DNA of 64,000 bases from an uncultured Nitrososphaerales archaeon (GCA_963706445.1 OY970160.1:1632001-1696000); one strand, 5' to 3'. Positions 20,297 to 29,631 are shown, numbered from the stretch's first letter. Notes: a model not told the origin generated them from the sequence alone. A program made the numbers and translations.

Positions 20297-21319
20297 CTAG
20301 GCGTCACCAGGCCTCCTCCATCTCTTCACAAGTTCGCCGAACCTTTCCGAGGTCATGGCTGAGAGGTCTCCCATCTCTGCGAGCTCGGCTTCGGTGTAGC
20401 CAGCGTAGAGGAGCATGGTCCTCCTTGCCTTGACCTGCGTGTCCCCCGGTTCGCCGAGTGGTTTCTCGACGGGCGGACTGTCCTGCCCTTGGTGGGCCCT
20501 GCTGATGATGTCCTTGTTGTACTTGGTAGCTATGGCCTCGCTCAATATGCTGACTGCGATTTCTCCTGCCGAGATTGCCCCGATGTCCGCGCCCACCGGT
20601 GACTTGATGGATGCCACGAACGATTCCTCGACTCCCGCCTTCCTGAGCTTGGCGAAGTCCTCTTTCGCTCTCTGAAGGCTCGCCACCATTCCAACGAATC
20701 TGAGCTTGAACTTCGAGAGGGCCTGCAGCGTTTCAACGTCTCTTTCGCCCTTGGTCAGGACGACGATGGAATCCGAGTTCGTAAAGCCGAACGAGCTGAG
20801 GTCATAGGCGGGATCTTGGATCAGCTGGTCCGGCTTCTCGGTCAACATCGGGCTGTGGTCGATAACGACGACAGTGATGTCGAGGACTTTGGCGACCCGG
20901 ACGAGGGCTTCTTCGACGTCGTCTTTGCCGCCCTGGCCGATGAGGATCAGCCTCTCTTGCGGGAGGTAAGGCTCAACATAGATCTCCATCATACCACCGC
21001 AGTCGGTTTCGACGTGAATTTCGTCATCGCTGTGCCCTCGGAGTGCGGCTCCCACGGCCTTGTCTGGCCCTTCCAGGAAGACCTTGACCATCTTGGGAGT
21101 TCTCGTCCTCATGGTCATCTTGGCCGCCGCCACTATGGCGGACTCGGGGCAGACGCCCCCCAACGTGCCGTAGAGGATTTCGCCCGCGCCTGAAACGACG
21201 GCCTTGAAGCCCGGCTTGCCCAGGGACGACCCTTCTGTCTTCACCACCGTCGCCACTGCGAACGGCTCCCCCGTGCTGGTGAGCGACTCGATGACTTCGG
21301 CGAACTCTTTCTGCTTCAT
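20297..21319 (-). CDS. xdhC: XdhC/CoxI molybdenum cofactor insertion chaperone
   Basis: ATVVKTEGSS, GTLGGVCPE, CGGMMEIYVEP, SPVGADIGA...EIAVSI. Confidence 0.9.
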   Translation of the reverse strand: MKQKEFAEVIESLTSTGEPFAVATVVKTEGSSLGKPGFKAVVSGAGEILYGTLGGVCPESAIVAAAKMTMRTRTPKMVKVFLEGPDKAVGAALRGHSDDEIHVETDCGGMMEIYVEPYLPQERLILIGQGGKDDVEEALVRVAKVLDITVVVIDHSPMLTEKPDQLIQDPAYDLSSFGFTNSDSIVVLTKGERDVETLQALSKFKLRFVGMVASLQRAKEDFAKLRKAGVEESFVASIKSPVGADIGAISAGEIAVSILSEAIATKYNKDIISRAHQGQDSPPVEKPLGEPGDTQVKARRTMLLYAGYTEAELAEMGDLSAMTSERFGELVKRWRRPGDA

Positions 21320-21414
21320 GGCACTTGCTGGGTTAGATTTCCCGTCCCGTTATTTATCCAATGGCGTCGAGCATTCCGGTTGCTCGGTTAGCAGCGGTGA
21401 AGCGATTAACGTGG

Positions 21415-21681
21415 CTATGAAATCCAAGTGTCGACTTCGTCCTTGCCTACCGCGATTAGGGTCGTTGACGAAGCTACTTCCGAGGTCGCCATGGCGTATT
21501 TCATGGCCGCATTCTCGTCGGGAGCTTCGATGACAGACACCACGTCATATGCGCCTAGAGTAAAGTATGTGCGCACGAACTTCACGCCCCATGGTAGCGC
21601 TTCGTCGTGCTTCCTGTCAAACCACGCCTTCTGCTCCTTGTCGTACGGGGTCTTCAGCTTGATGAGTCGGATGAAAATCAT
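21415..21681 (-). CDS. GYD domain protein
   Basis: YFTLGAYDVVSVIEAPD motif. Confidence 0.85.
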   Translation of the reverse strand: MIFIRLIKLKTPYDKEQKAWFDRKHDEALPWGVKFVRTYFTLGAYDVVSVIEAPDENAAMKYAMATSEVASSTTLIAVGKDEVDTWIS

Positions 21682-21839
21682 GGCAAAGCGTGACTCGCAT
21701 CCCAGCTATTTAAGACGGCATTGGCTTCAGAGATGATCTGCGGATTTTGACATGCCGGCTCTAATTGCCCGATTCAGAAGAATTCCATCGACCCACCAGA
21801 TAACGCTTTATTATCAGTCTCCGCTCTTTGTTGTATCAA

Positions 21840-22265
21840 ATGGTTTCGAAGGCAATCCAGTTTGTCATCCCTCTGACCAACAAACCCGGAACCATGTCGA
21901 AGCTCTGTTCGGCGCTGGGCGAGAAGGGAGTGAACATAATCGCCATCCTCGTACCCGAGGCGGAGCGTAAGCAGATCGCGCGAGTGATGGTGAAGGTTGA
22001 CGACCTAGGCGTGACCAGAGATGTCCTCAAGCGGGAGAGGATTGAATTCTCCGAGGAGGAGGTACTTGACATAGAGATGGACAACAAGCCGGGGGCGTTC
22101 GGTGAACTGTCTGGAAAGCTCGCCAGGGCTGGAGTCAACATCAAGTACGCCTACGCAACGACCGAGCCATTCGCTAGGGCAAGGGTGGTCATTGCAGTAC
22201 CCAACGTTTCCAAGGGATTAACGGTTCTAACAAACGGGCAAAGGTTGGTCGAGGCGTCGGCCTAG
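21840..22265 (+). CDS. Tandem ACT domain protein
   Basis: NKPG...GVNI repeated twice, YAY motif. Confidence 0.88.
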   Translation: MVSKAIQFVIPLTNKPGTMSKLCSALGEKGVNIIAILVPEAERKQIARVMVKVDDLGVTRDVLKRERIEFSEEEVLDIEMDNKPGAFGELSGKLARAGVNIKYAYATTEPFARARVVIAVPNVSKGLTVLTNGQRLVEASA

Positions 22266-22362
22266 CTGTCGGTTTGAGCCTACAAACCAGTATTCGTTGC
22301 CGTAATGTCGTTTCAGACGTCAGACGTCGAACTAGAATTCGACCCTTGTCGTGCTTTGCGTG

Positions 22363-22394
22363 GATTTGAACCCACATATGTGGACTCACATCCC
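22363..22394 (+). repeat. Copy 1 of 28-bp 11-6-11 imperfect palindrome (att/dif-like site)
   Basis: GATTTGAACCCACATATGTGGACTCACATCCC is identical over 32 bp to 59523-59554. Confidence 0.9.
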
Positions 22395-22552
22395 CCAGGG
22401 CCCTTATTCATGGACCTAGTTCAAATCACCGAACGGGAATCATCCCTTCTCTACTGGGAACAAATTAGACAGTTTGACTAGCGACTCCGGTCATCTGCGG
22501 AATGTGGCTACATAGACGTGATTTCTTCCTAATGCCTTGTGACAACGAAGGT

Positions 22553-22626
22553 CTCAGGGGCTCGCGAAAGCGAGGAAGGAGCGGAGAGGCCCTCTGACGA
22601 AACAGTCTGTTTTAGCGGAGGGAGCC
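22553..22626 (+). ncRNA. TPP-riboswitch-like structured element (variant or degenerate)
   Basis: CTC-AGGGG...GCGGAGA..CCCT-CTGAC-[GAAAC/GTTTT stem]-AGCGGAGGGAG follows the TPP order P1, P2, P3, (U)GAGA, CUGAY, P5, GCGNAGGGA; J2/4 is missing; lies upstream of an NCS1 permease. Confidence 0.4.
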
Positions 22627-22666
22627 AAGGAACAGTTAAGCGACTTTCTCCTGCAGCCTCTTCAAG

Positions 22667-24011
22667 ATGACGGACAGTCCTGCAAGCGTCGAAAGGCGGG
22701 GGATCGAACACATCCCAGACGAGGAAAGGCACGGCTCGCCTGGCAGGGTCTTCACCCTCTGGTTCGCTGCCAATCTGACCGTCGCTGACTACGTCATCGG
22801 GGTGCTCTGCGTCCAGGCTTTCGGGCTGACCGTCCCCCAGGCCCTCCCCGTGCTGCTTTTGGGCAACCTGCTAGGGGGCCTGCTCCTCGGCCTCTCTGCC
22901 GCCATGGGTCCAAGGTTGGGGTTCCCACAGATGCTTTCGTCTCGCAGTTCATTCGGGAGGCGGGGAAACTACCTCTTCGGGGGGCTGAACTGGATAAGCA
23001 CGGTCGGCTGGTTCACGGTCAACACAATCCTTGGGGTCGAGGCCCTGCAGGCAGTACTGCCGGGGGTCAATTTCTACGGTGCGGCTGCGGCCTTGGTCGC
23101 AATTCAGATCGTCATCGCCGTCTATGGGCACGATTTCATCCACCTGCTGGAGAAAGCGATGGCCGTTGTCCTGGGCCTCCTTTTCATGGGAGTGTTCATC
23201 GTTGCCATTCCTAAGCTTGGAGCCTCCTTCTCGTTTGTCCCGGCTGAAGGTTCCGCGGGTTGGCCAGCACTGGGGGCCGTCGGGGTCGTGCTCGCGACGT
23301 CCTTCTCCTACCTGATGAGCTGGTCCCCCTACGCATCTGACTACAGCAGGTATCTTCCGAGTTCGGTTTCAGGCAGGAGGGTCGCTTCCTTCGCGCTGAT
23401 CGGTGGCGCAGCCGCTTCGTTCGCAGTGGAGGCCATCGGAGCCATGGTTGGAAGCCTCACCCCCAACGTCGGGTTCTTCCAGGCTTTGGACAGTTTCTCG
23501 GGATGGTTCGGGCCCTTCGCAATCATCGCCATCGTCCTCGGCGCCTTGGCAGCTAACGAGTTGAACCTCTACACGAACGCCCTCTCTGCTCTTGTCCTCG
23601 ACATCAGGGTGAAGCGTTGGGTTGCAGTTGTGGCGGGCGGGCTGGTTGGGCTTTCACTGTCAATCATCGGCAGCTCCAATTTCGTGATTAACTATCAGAA
23701 CTTCCTCTTCGTCCTCGACTACTGGATAACGCCATGGCTTGGGATAGTGCTGGTTGACTACTACGTGGTGAGAAGAACGACAGTCGAGATTTCTCTCTTC
23801 CGACTGGAACTTGAAAGCGCTCTCAGTGTACCTGATTGCAGTGTTAGTTTCAGTGCCTTTCATGGTTCCTGCTCTGAATCTCGGATCTCCGTTCGGGTCC
23901 CTCGCGTATCTTTTCGGCGGAGCGGACTTCAGCTACTTCGTCTCGTTCGCCGTCGCGTGTGTTCTGACATACTTGGTTCGCCGACAATCTGCTCGTCGAT
24001 GGGCCAGATAG
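22667..24011 (+). CDS. NCS1 purine-cytosine permease family transporter (CytX/CodB-like; frameshift near 23800)
   Basis: VERRGIEHIPDEERHG, WFAAN, GPRLGFPQM, SWSPYASDYSRYLP, N.Y, LDYWITPW; C-terminal FGGADFSY is in ORF 23811-24011. Confidence 0.9.
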
Positions 24012-24054
24012 TGCGTGAAGGAGCCAGGCTATCGCCTTGCTATTCCTTTTCAGA

Positions 24055-24082
24055 ATTTGTTCCCACACATGTGGACTCACAT
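24055..24082 (+). repeat. Copy 2 of 28-bp 11-6-11 palindromic site (25/28 identical to copy 1)
   Basis: ATTTGTTCCCA-CACATG-TGGACTCACAT. Confidence 0.85.
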
Positions 24083-24363
24083 CATACCCAACGAGTGCGC
24101 AGAGAGCTCCATCGACAACGCTGACTCTTCATTTCCCAGCCCAAAGAGCCTCGAATGAATTAGGGTAGGAAGCTATAGTGGTCGTGCCATAAGAGAACTC
24201 CCTTCCAAGAATTCCTAGCCCAACTACTCGTTTCTAATGCAACCTTTGAAAGTTCGCTTCATGGTACTCTGACCGGATTCTTCATCGCGTTACAGTTCCT
24301 GGCCGATTCCTTAGGGACAAGTCTTTTATTCAAAAAAGCCGTCCAAAAAATTAGGGAACCAGT

Positions 24364-25626
24364 TTGGTGAGGCTGTACGAGTTTCAGGGGAAGCAGCTGC
24401 TGAAGACAGCCAACATCTCCATCCCCAAAGGCGGAGTTGCAGGTACGCCCGAAGAAGCGAGGAAGGTCGCTGAGGGAATCGGCAAGGCTGTGGTGATCAA
24501 GGCACAGATCTGGAAGACTGGGCGCTTCAAAGCCGGCGGCATCAAGTTCGCCAACACCCCCGATGAGGCTGAGGAGATGGCTCGTGATCTGATTGGCAGT
24601 GAAATCAGCGGAACCAAAGTGAAGCAGGTGCTGGTTGAGGAAAAGTTGGAGATATCAAAGGAATTCTACGCGGGGGTGATTGTCGACAGCTCCAGAGAAG
24701 TACGTGGTCCAGTGGTTATCTTCAGCACTCAGGGGGGCACCGACGTCGAGCAGGTGGCGAAGGAGTCGCCGGGCAAGGTAGGGCGTTTGGGTGTCGACTA
24801 TCTCAAAGGAATCGATTCCAGCGAGGCGGATGGTCTTGTGTCCAGAGCAGAGGTTAACACTCGTGAGAAGGAGCTTCTGAGTTCAATCGTTTCTAGTCTG
24901 TATGGACTTTTCGTCAAATACGAAGCGCGGTCTGCCGAAATCAATCCTCTCGTCCTGACAAAGGATGGAAATGTGTTCGCTGCGGACTGCCGGATAACCG
25001 TCGACGACTCGGCCATATTCCGCCACCCGGAGCTTGGTATCAAAGTGGCGCGAGAGTTCCCAAGGGAACCGACCCCATTGGAGGAGATCGCATATGAGAT
25101 GGAGGTCGGCGATTACAGAGGAAACGCGTTCTTCTCCCAGATGGTTGAGAAGATAGAAGGGCCAGGATATGTCGGATACCATGGTATCGGAGGGGGCGGC
25201 GCGATTCTGGGCGTCGATGCCCTCAACAGAAAGGGGCTGAAGATCGCCAACTATTCCGACTCGAGTGGAGACCCGACTGCATCGAAGGTCTACCGTCTTT
25301 CGAAGGTGATACTGGCGATACCTGGCATTGAGGGTTATCTGCTGGGCGGCTTCATAGCAGCGAATCAAGAACAATGGCACCACGCCCACGGTCTAGTGAA
25401 GGCATTCAGGGAGGAACTTGCTCAGAAGCCGGGCTTCCCTGTGGTTCTCTTGATTTGTGGGAACAAGGAGAAGGAGTCTCACGTCATCCTGAAGGAAGGC
25501 CTGAGAGACCTTCCAATTCGCCTTGAAGTATACGGAAGCGAATATGTGTACAACCCAGACTTCGTAGCAGGAAGAATGAGGGCGCTCGTTGACGAATACA
25601 GGGCTGACAGAGGAGTGCGCCCGTGA
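24364..25626 (+). CDS. Succinyl-CoA synthetase beta-like ATP-grasp subunit (divergent)
   Basis: LYEFQGKQLL, VIKAQ..GRFKAGG, EINPL, AADC..VDDSAIFRH; the canonical GNGAG loop is replaced by GIGGGG. Confidence 0.85.
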   Translation: MVRLYEFQGKQLLKTANISIPKGGVAGTPEEARKVAEGIGKAVVIKAQIWKTGRFKAGGIKFANTPDEAEEMARDLIGSEISGTKVKQVLVEEKLEISKEFYAGVIVDSSREVRGPVVIFSTQGGTDVEQVAKESPGKVGRLGVDYLKGIDSSEADGLVSRAEVNTREKELLSSIVSSLYGLFVKYEARSAEINPLVLTKDGNVFAADCRITVDDSAIFRHPELGIKVAREFPREPTPLEEIAYEMEVGDYRGNAFFSQMVEKIEGPGYVGYHGIGGGGAILGVDALNRKGLKIANYSDSSGDPTASKVYRLSKVILAIPGIEGYLLGGFIAANQEQWHHAHGLVKAFREELAQKPGFPVVLLICGNKEKESHVILKEGLRDLPIRLEVYGSEYVYNPDFVAGRMRALVDEYRADRGVRP

Positions 25627-25934
25627 CCGAGTTCAAGGAAAGAACGATAACCGTGACCATAGACGACAGCGTGTGTGGAGAATGCACGACGAAAGCGTGT
25701 GTGACAGCATGTCGCATCTATGGTCGAGGCATACTGACCCTTAGAGAAGGAAAACCGACGATTTTGCTGACCGCTAGCGAAGCGGCAAGGGCCGGTACTG
25801 AATGTCTGGCGTGCGAACACGAATGCCTTCTAAGGGGGCTGCATGCGCTGAAAATCAATGTCCCCATGCCTGAGCTGGACAAGTTCAAGGCGTCACTGAA
25901 CACCAGAGGGGAGGAAAGACGGGAATACTCATAG
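25623..25934 (+). CDS. Ferredoxin-like protein between the SCS-like subunits
   Basis: CGECTTKACVTAC and CLACEHEC Cys clusters; GTGA overlap with the beta subunit. Confidence 0.75.
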   Translation: MTEFKERTITVTIDDSVCGECTTKACVTACRIYGRGILTLREGKPTILLTASEAARAGTECLACEHECLLRGLHALKINVPMPELDKFKASLNTRGEERREYS

Positions 25935-26821
25935 ACGAGAAGACCAGCGTAATCGTCCAGGGTATCACTGGCAGGTCTGGAGAGGCCTACGCCAGATACA
26001 TGAAGGAATACGGAACAAACGTCGTGGGAGGAATATCTCCAGGACGTGGCGGCGCCATCGTCGCGGGCATACCAGTGTATGAATCGGTCAAGGAGGCAGT
26101 CGAGAAGCATGGACCGATCGACGCAGCAGTCACCTTCGTTCCGGCTCCGGCGCTGAAGGATGCGGTGCTGGAGGACATCGAAGCTGGAATCAAGCTAATA
26201 GTCTCTCCAGTCGAAAGGGTCCCTCTCCACGACATAATGGTCATGGTGGCCTCGGCGAAGCGGAAGGGCGTACGAATCATAGGGCCGGGAACCATAGGTG
26301 TCATTACTCCTAGCAAGGCAGTGCTAGGCTGGGTCGGAAGCTCGGCTGAAAGGGCAAAGGAGATCTTCCAACCAGGACCGGTGGGAATATTGTCGAGGAG
26401 CGGGGGCCAATCGGGGACCTTGCCCTGGATCATAAAGAACGCGGGTCACGGTTGCAGCACTCTAGTCCACGAGGGGACGGAGCCAATCATAGGCACGTCG
26501 TTCGGTGACCTGCTGCCTTTCTTCGAGGAAGACGAGCAGACGAAGGTTGTCGCGATGTTTGGGGAGCTCGGAGGAACCACGGAAGAAGAGGCGGCCATGG
26601 AGATTGAGAAGGGGCACTTCACTAAGCCCTTGGTCGCGTACATCGCTGGTGCCTGGGCGCCTGAAGGCATGAGATTCTCCCACGCTAGCAGTATTATCGA
26701 ACATGGCAAAGGGTCTGCGAAGAGCAAGATAGACGCCCTTAGGAACGCCGGCGCTCATGTGGTTGAGAAACCGGCCGAAATCCCCACCATGATTTCAGAG
26801 ATCCTAGTGAAGACGCAATAG
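25919..26821 (+). CDS. sucD: Succinyl-CoA synthetase alpha-like CoA-binding subunit
   Basis: (M)GILIDEKTSVIVQGITG read from an ACG at 25919, IIGPG, SRSGG, GELGG, phospho-His in FSHASS. Confidence 0.88.
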   Translation, partial: TGILIDEKTSVIVQGITGRSGEAYARYMKEYGTNVVGGISPGRGGAIVAGIPVYESVKEAVEKHGPIDAAVTFVPAPALKDAVLEDIEAGIKLIVSPVERVPLHDIMVMVASAKRKGVRIIGPGTIGVITPSKAVLGWVGSSAERAKEIFQPGPVGILSRSGGQSGTLPWIIKNAGHGCSTLVHEGTEPIIGTSFGDLLPFFEEDEQTKVVAMFGELGGTTEEEAAMEIEKGHFTKPLVAYIAGAWAPEGMRFSHASSIIEHGKGSAKSKIDALRNAGAHVVEKPAEIPTMISEILVKTQ

Positions 26822-26839
26822 TGTCCCAGGTAGGTGCGC

Positions 26840-27400
26840 CTACTGCGCTGGCATTCTGGCTGGACTATTGATAAGCCCAAAGCCCCAATCTATGGCCTGC
26901 GAGTTCTTCTCAACTGTCCTCTTGGGGACTGTTTCGCTCATTGCTTTGACGAGGGCGTCCTTGGTGCATATCCCGCTGAGTTGAACGAAGGCTCCCAGCA
27001 TGATCATATTCGCAAGCATTGGTTCCTGAAGCTCCTCGGAGGCTATTTTCGTTGCTGGGATCCCGTAGGTCGCAACCTTGTTTTGGTCCGGTTTCATCGT
27101 CACCATCGAGGAGTCGATAATCAGGGTACCGTTGCTTCGCAGTTTGGTTACAAACTGGTCGGCAGCCTGCTGAGACATGGCGACGAGATAATCCTCCTGT
27201 AAGATTTCGGGGTAGTCGATCTTGGAGTCGGAGACGACCAGGTCGCAATGGCAGGAGCCCCCTCTGGACTCGGGCCCGTATGATTGGGTCAGGGAAGCGT
27301 TCTTCCTGTCATGAAGAACGATGGCCTTGCCCAATACGGTCCCCGCAAGGATGACACCTTGTCCGCCGAAGCCAGCGAACCTCACCTCAATCCTTTGCAA
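26840..27400 (-). CDS. korC: 2-oxoglutarate/2-oxoacid:ferredoxin oxidoreductase gamma subunit
   Basis: FAGFGGQG, SYGPESRGG, NMIMLGA. Confidence 0.92.
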   Translation of the reverse strand: MQRIEVRFAGFGGQGVILAGTVLGKAIVLHDRKNASLTQSYGPESRGGSCHCDLVVSDSKIDYPEILQEDYLVAMSQQAADQFVTKLRSNGTLIIDSSMVTMKPDQNKVATYGIPATKIASEELQEPMLANMIMLGAFVQLSGICTKDALVKAMSETVPKRTVEKNSQAIDWGFGLINSPARMPAQ

Positions 27401-27404
27401 GCCG

Positions 27405-28229
27405 TCACACCCCCGAGCTGTGTCGCGCGGCGAATTCGTGGAGCGTTGCGCTGTAGCCCTTCACATTCCTGTCAACGAGCTTACCAATGACATACTTCCC
27501 CCTCAGGGCCTCCTCAGTCATCCCCTGCGCTCGTTCCTTTGTCACTGAGTTCTTCAGGAACCCCCTCATCATCTCGGCCCCGTCGCCAAGCCGGTTCCTT
27601 CTGCCGAAGTAGGTCGGACACTGGGAGACGACCTCAACGTAGGCGAAGGCCTGCTTCTGGATTGCCTCTTTGATCGAGTTTACAATCTGGCGGTGGTGTG
27701 CGGAGGTCCACCTTGCTACATACCCCGCCCCACATGCCTCGACAAGTCTGCAGAGGTCGAATGGAGGCTCCATAGAACCCTCGACTGATGTCATTGTTAT
27801 GCCGCCCAATGGTGTGGTTGGAGAGTACTGTCCCCCCGTCATTCCGTAGTTGAAATTGTTGATGCAGATCGCTGTAAGCTCAACGTTCCGCCTCGCGGTC
27901 TGTATGAGGTGGTTTCCGCCGATTGCAGAGGTCTCGCCGTCGCCCATGTGGCAGATGACAGTCAGCTCGGGATTGGCCAGCTTTATTCCAGTGGCAAAGC
28001 CGAGAGGCCTGCCATGTAGGGTGTGCATAGAGTCTTTGTACCAGTAGGTGCACATCCTGCCGCTGCATCCGCTTCCTCCAACCCAGACAACCTTGTCGTG
28101 GTCAAGGCCTAGCTCGTTGATCGCCTGAACGGTGTAGTACCATACCTGCCCTATCCCGCACCCCGGACACCATAAGTTCGGAGAACCCGGCCTGTCGAGC
28201 CTGAAGTACTCTAGAGCCGGATGTCTCAT
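27405..28229 (-). CDS. korB: 2-oxoacid:ferredoxin oxidoreductase beta subunit (TPP-binding)
   Basis: WCPGCG, TLHGR, GDG...GGNH, NNFNYGMTGGQ.SPT, SQCPT. Confidence 0.93.
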   Translation of the reverse strand: MRHPALEYFRLDRPGSPNLWCPGCGIGQVWYYTVQAINELGLDHDKVVWVGGSGCSGRMCTYWYKDSMHTLHGRPLGFATGIKLANPELTVICHMGDGETSAIGGNHLIQTARRNVELTAICINNFNYGMTGGQYSPTTPLGGITMTSVEGSMEPPFDLCRLVEACGAGYVARWTSAHHRQIVNSIKEAIQKQAFAYVEVVSQCPTYFGRRNRLGDGAEMMRGFLKNSVTKERAQGMTEEALRGKYVIGKLVDRNVKGYSATLHEFAARHSSGV

Positions 28230-29383
28230 GCTCCCAGCCCCTTCAAAGCGTTAGCAACCTCCAAAGGCGTGTGTGCCTCTACGCCTGGTTTGGAGAGCAG
28301 GCTCACCTTGGCCGCCCCTTCGGCTGCCCTTTGAACCTCCCTCACCACCTTGCCCATGTTCATCTCTGCCACGAGAATTGTCTTGACTCCTTCCGCGATT
28401 TCTTTGATCTTCCTGTCAGGAAACGGCCAGATTGTAATCAGCCTCACATAGCCGACCTTAACCCCCTCGCGCCTTGCATCCTGTACCGCTCTGTGAACCG
28501 ACCTGGCGGGCACTCCATACGAGAGCACAGCGACGTCGGCGTCTTCGAGGTATTCAGTCTCGATTCTAGCGATCTCGTCGGCCTTCTTCTCGACCTTGTT
28601 CCAGAGCCTCGTGACCAGCTGGTGCTGGACTTGCATACTGGTTGACGGCGACCCCGACTCGTTCCTTGCGAAGGATGAGATCGGGAGGGCATATCCATCT
28701 CCGAACGAAGGCATTGCTGGAACGTCCGTGTCGGAAGCAGCCCTGAATGGGACGAACTTATCGGGTGGGACATCAGGTTTCTTCCTGTTCAGAACGTGGA
28801 TCTTCTCCGCTGGTGGAATCTCGACCTTTTCCATCATGTGCCCGACGAGCTCATCTGCGAGGATGAAAGTGGGGACGCGGTACTGCTCCGAGAGGTTGAA
28901 TGCCTCTACGGTCAAGTCGAACATCTCCTGAGGTGAGTCGGGGGCTAGGGCGATAATCGAGTAGTCCGAGTTACTTCCGTATCTTACCTGATAGATGTCG
29001 CCCTGCATGCTCTTGGTGGCGATTCCGGTACCTGGCCCTGCCCTCTGCACGTCGACAATCACGCAAGGAGTTTCAGTCATGGCAGCGTAGCCTATGTTCT
29101 CCTGCATCAGGCTTATCCCGTTTCCCGAGGTCGCAGTCATGGCCTTCTTGCCAGCACAGGAAGCCCCAATCACTATGGCCAGAGAGTCAAGCTCGTCGGC
29201 GCCCTGAACGAAGATCCCTCCAACACCGAAGAGTCGCCTGGAGAGCACCTCCGAAATTTCTGTGGCAGGCGAGATTGGATAGCCAGCGAAGAGGCCGCAC
29301 CCCGCAGCCAAAGCCCCTTCTGCGCAGGCCTCATCTCCGTTGATGAAGTGTAGACCGCTCCTGACTCTTTCTTGCAGCTTCAT
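28226..29383 (-). CDS. korA: 2-oxoacid:ferredoxin oxidoreductase alpha subunit
   Basis: GYPISPATE, DE, ATSG.G..LMQE, QRAGPGTG, EMNMG. Confidence 0.93.
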   Translation of the reverse strand: MKLQERVRSGLHFINGDEACAEGALAAGCGLFAGYPISPATEISEVLSRRLFGVGGIFVQGADELDSLAIVIGASCAGKKAMTATSGNGISLMQENIGYAAMTETPCVIVDVQRAGPGTGIATKSMQGDIYQVRYGSNSDYSIIALAPDSPQEMFDLTVEAFNLSEQYRVPTFILADELVGHMMEKVEIPPAEKIHVLNRKKPDVPPDKFVPFRAASDTDVPAMPSFGDGYALPISSFARNESGSPSTSMQVQHQLVTRLWNKVEKKADEIARIETEYLEDADVAVLSYGVPARSVHRAVQDARREGVKVGYVRLITIWPFPDRKIKEIAEGVKTILVAEMNMGKVVREVQRAAEGAAKVSLLSKPGVEAHTPLEVANALKGLGA

Positions 29384-29631
29384 CCACTCCTCTTTTCAAC
29401 AGCAATGGCAAAATCCGGACAGAATTCGACGCATGTGTTGCAGCCTGTGCATTTGTCCATGCTCAGGACGATTGCTTCATGAGCGCCTCTCGCATTCAGC
29501 TGCGGCGAACTCGCTAATACTTTGAATGGGCAGAAGTCGATACAAATTCCACAACCTGCGCAGAATTTATCATCGACATAGATAGCGTATTTCGAACCAA
29601 CGTACTGTCTCATGGCGAGCGCCGAAGCCAA
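29380..29631 (-). CDS. korD: 2x[4Fe-4S] ferredoxin delta subunit
   Basis: CAGCGICIDFCP and CTGCNTCVEFCP. Confidence 0.9.
   Translation of the reverse strand: MASALAMRQYVGSKYAIYVDDKFCAGCGICIDFCPFKVLASSPQLNARGAHEAIVLSMDKCTGCNTCVEFCPDFAIAVEKRSG

Noticed and set aside
22594-22603. Hammerhead ribozyme core (CTGACGA/GAAA)
   Set aside because: CTGACGA and GAAA overlap with no stem II between them; the TPP-like reading explains the sequence better
22189-24080. Short minus-strand ORFs beginning MSPH(M/V)W (22189-22389, 23850-24080) and the same peptide near the end of ORF 59502-60293
   Set aside because: The shared peptide is only the translation of the 28-bp DNA repeat; the rest of the ORFs are unrelated and overlap real genes
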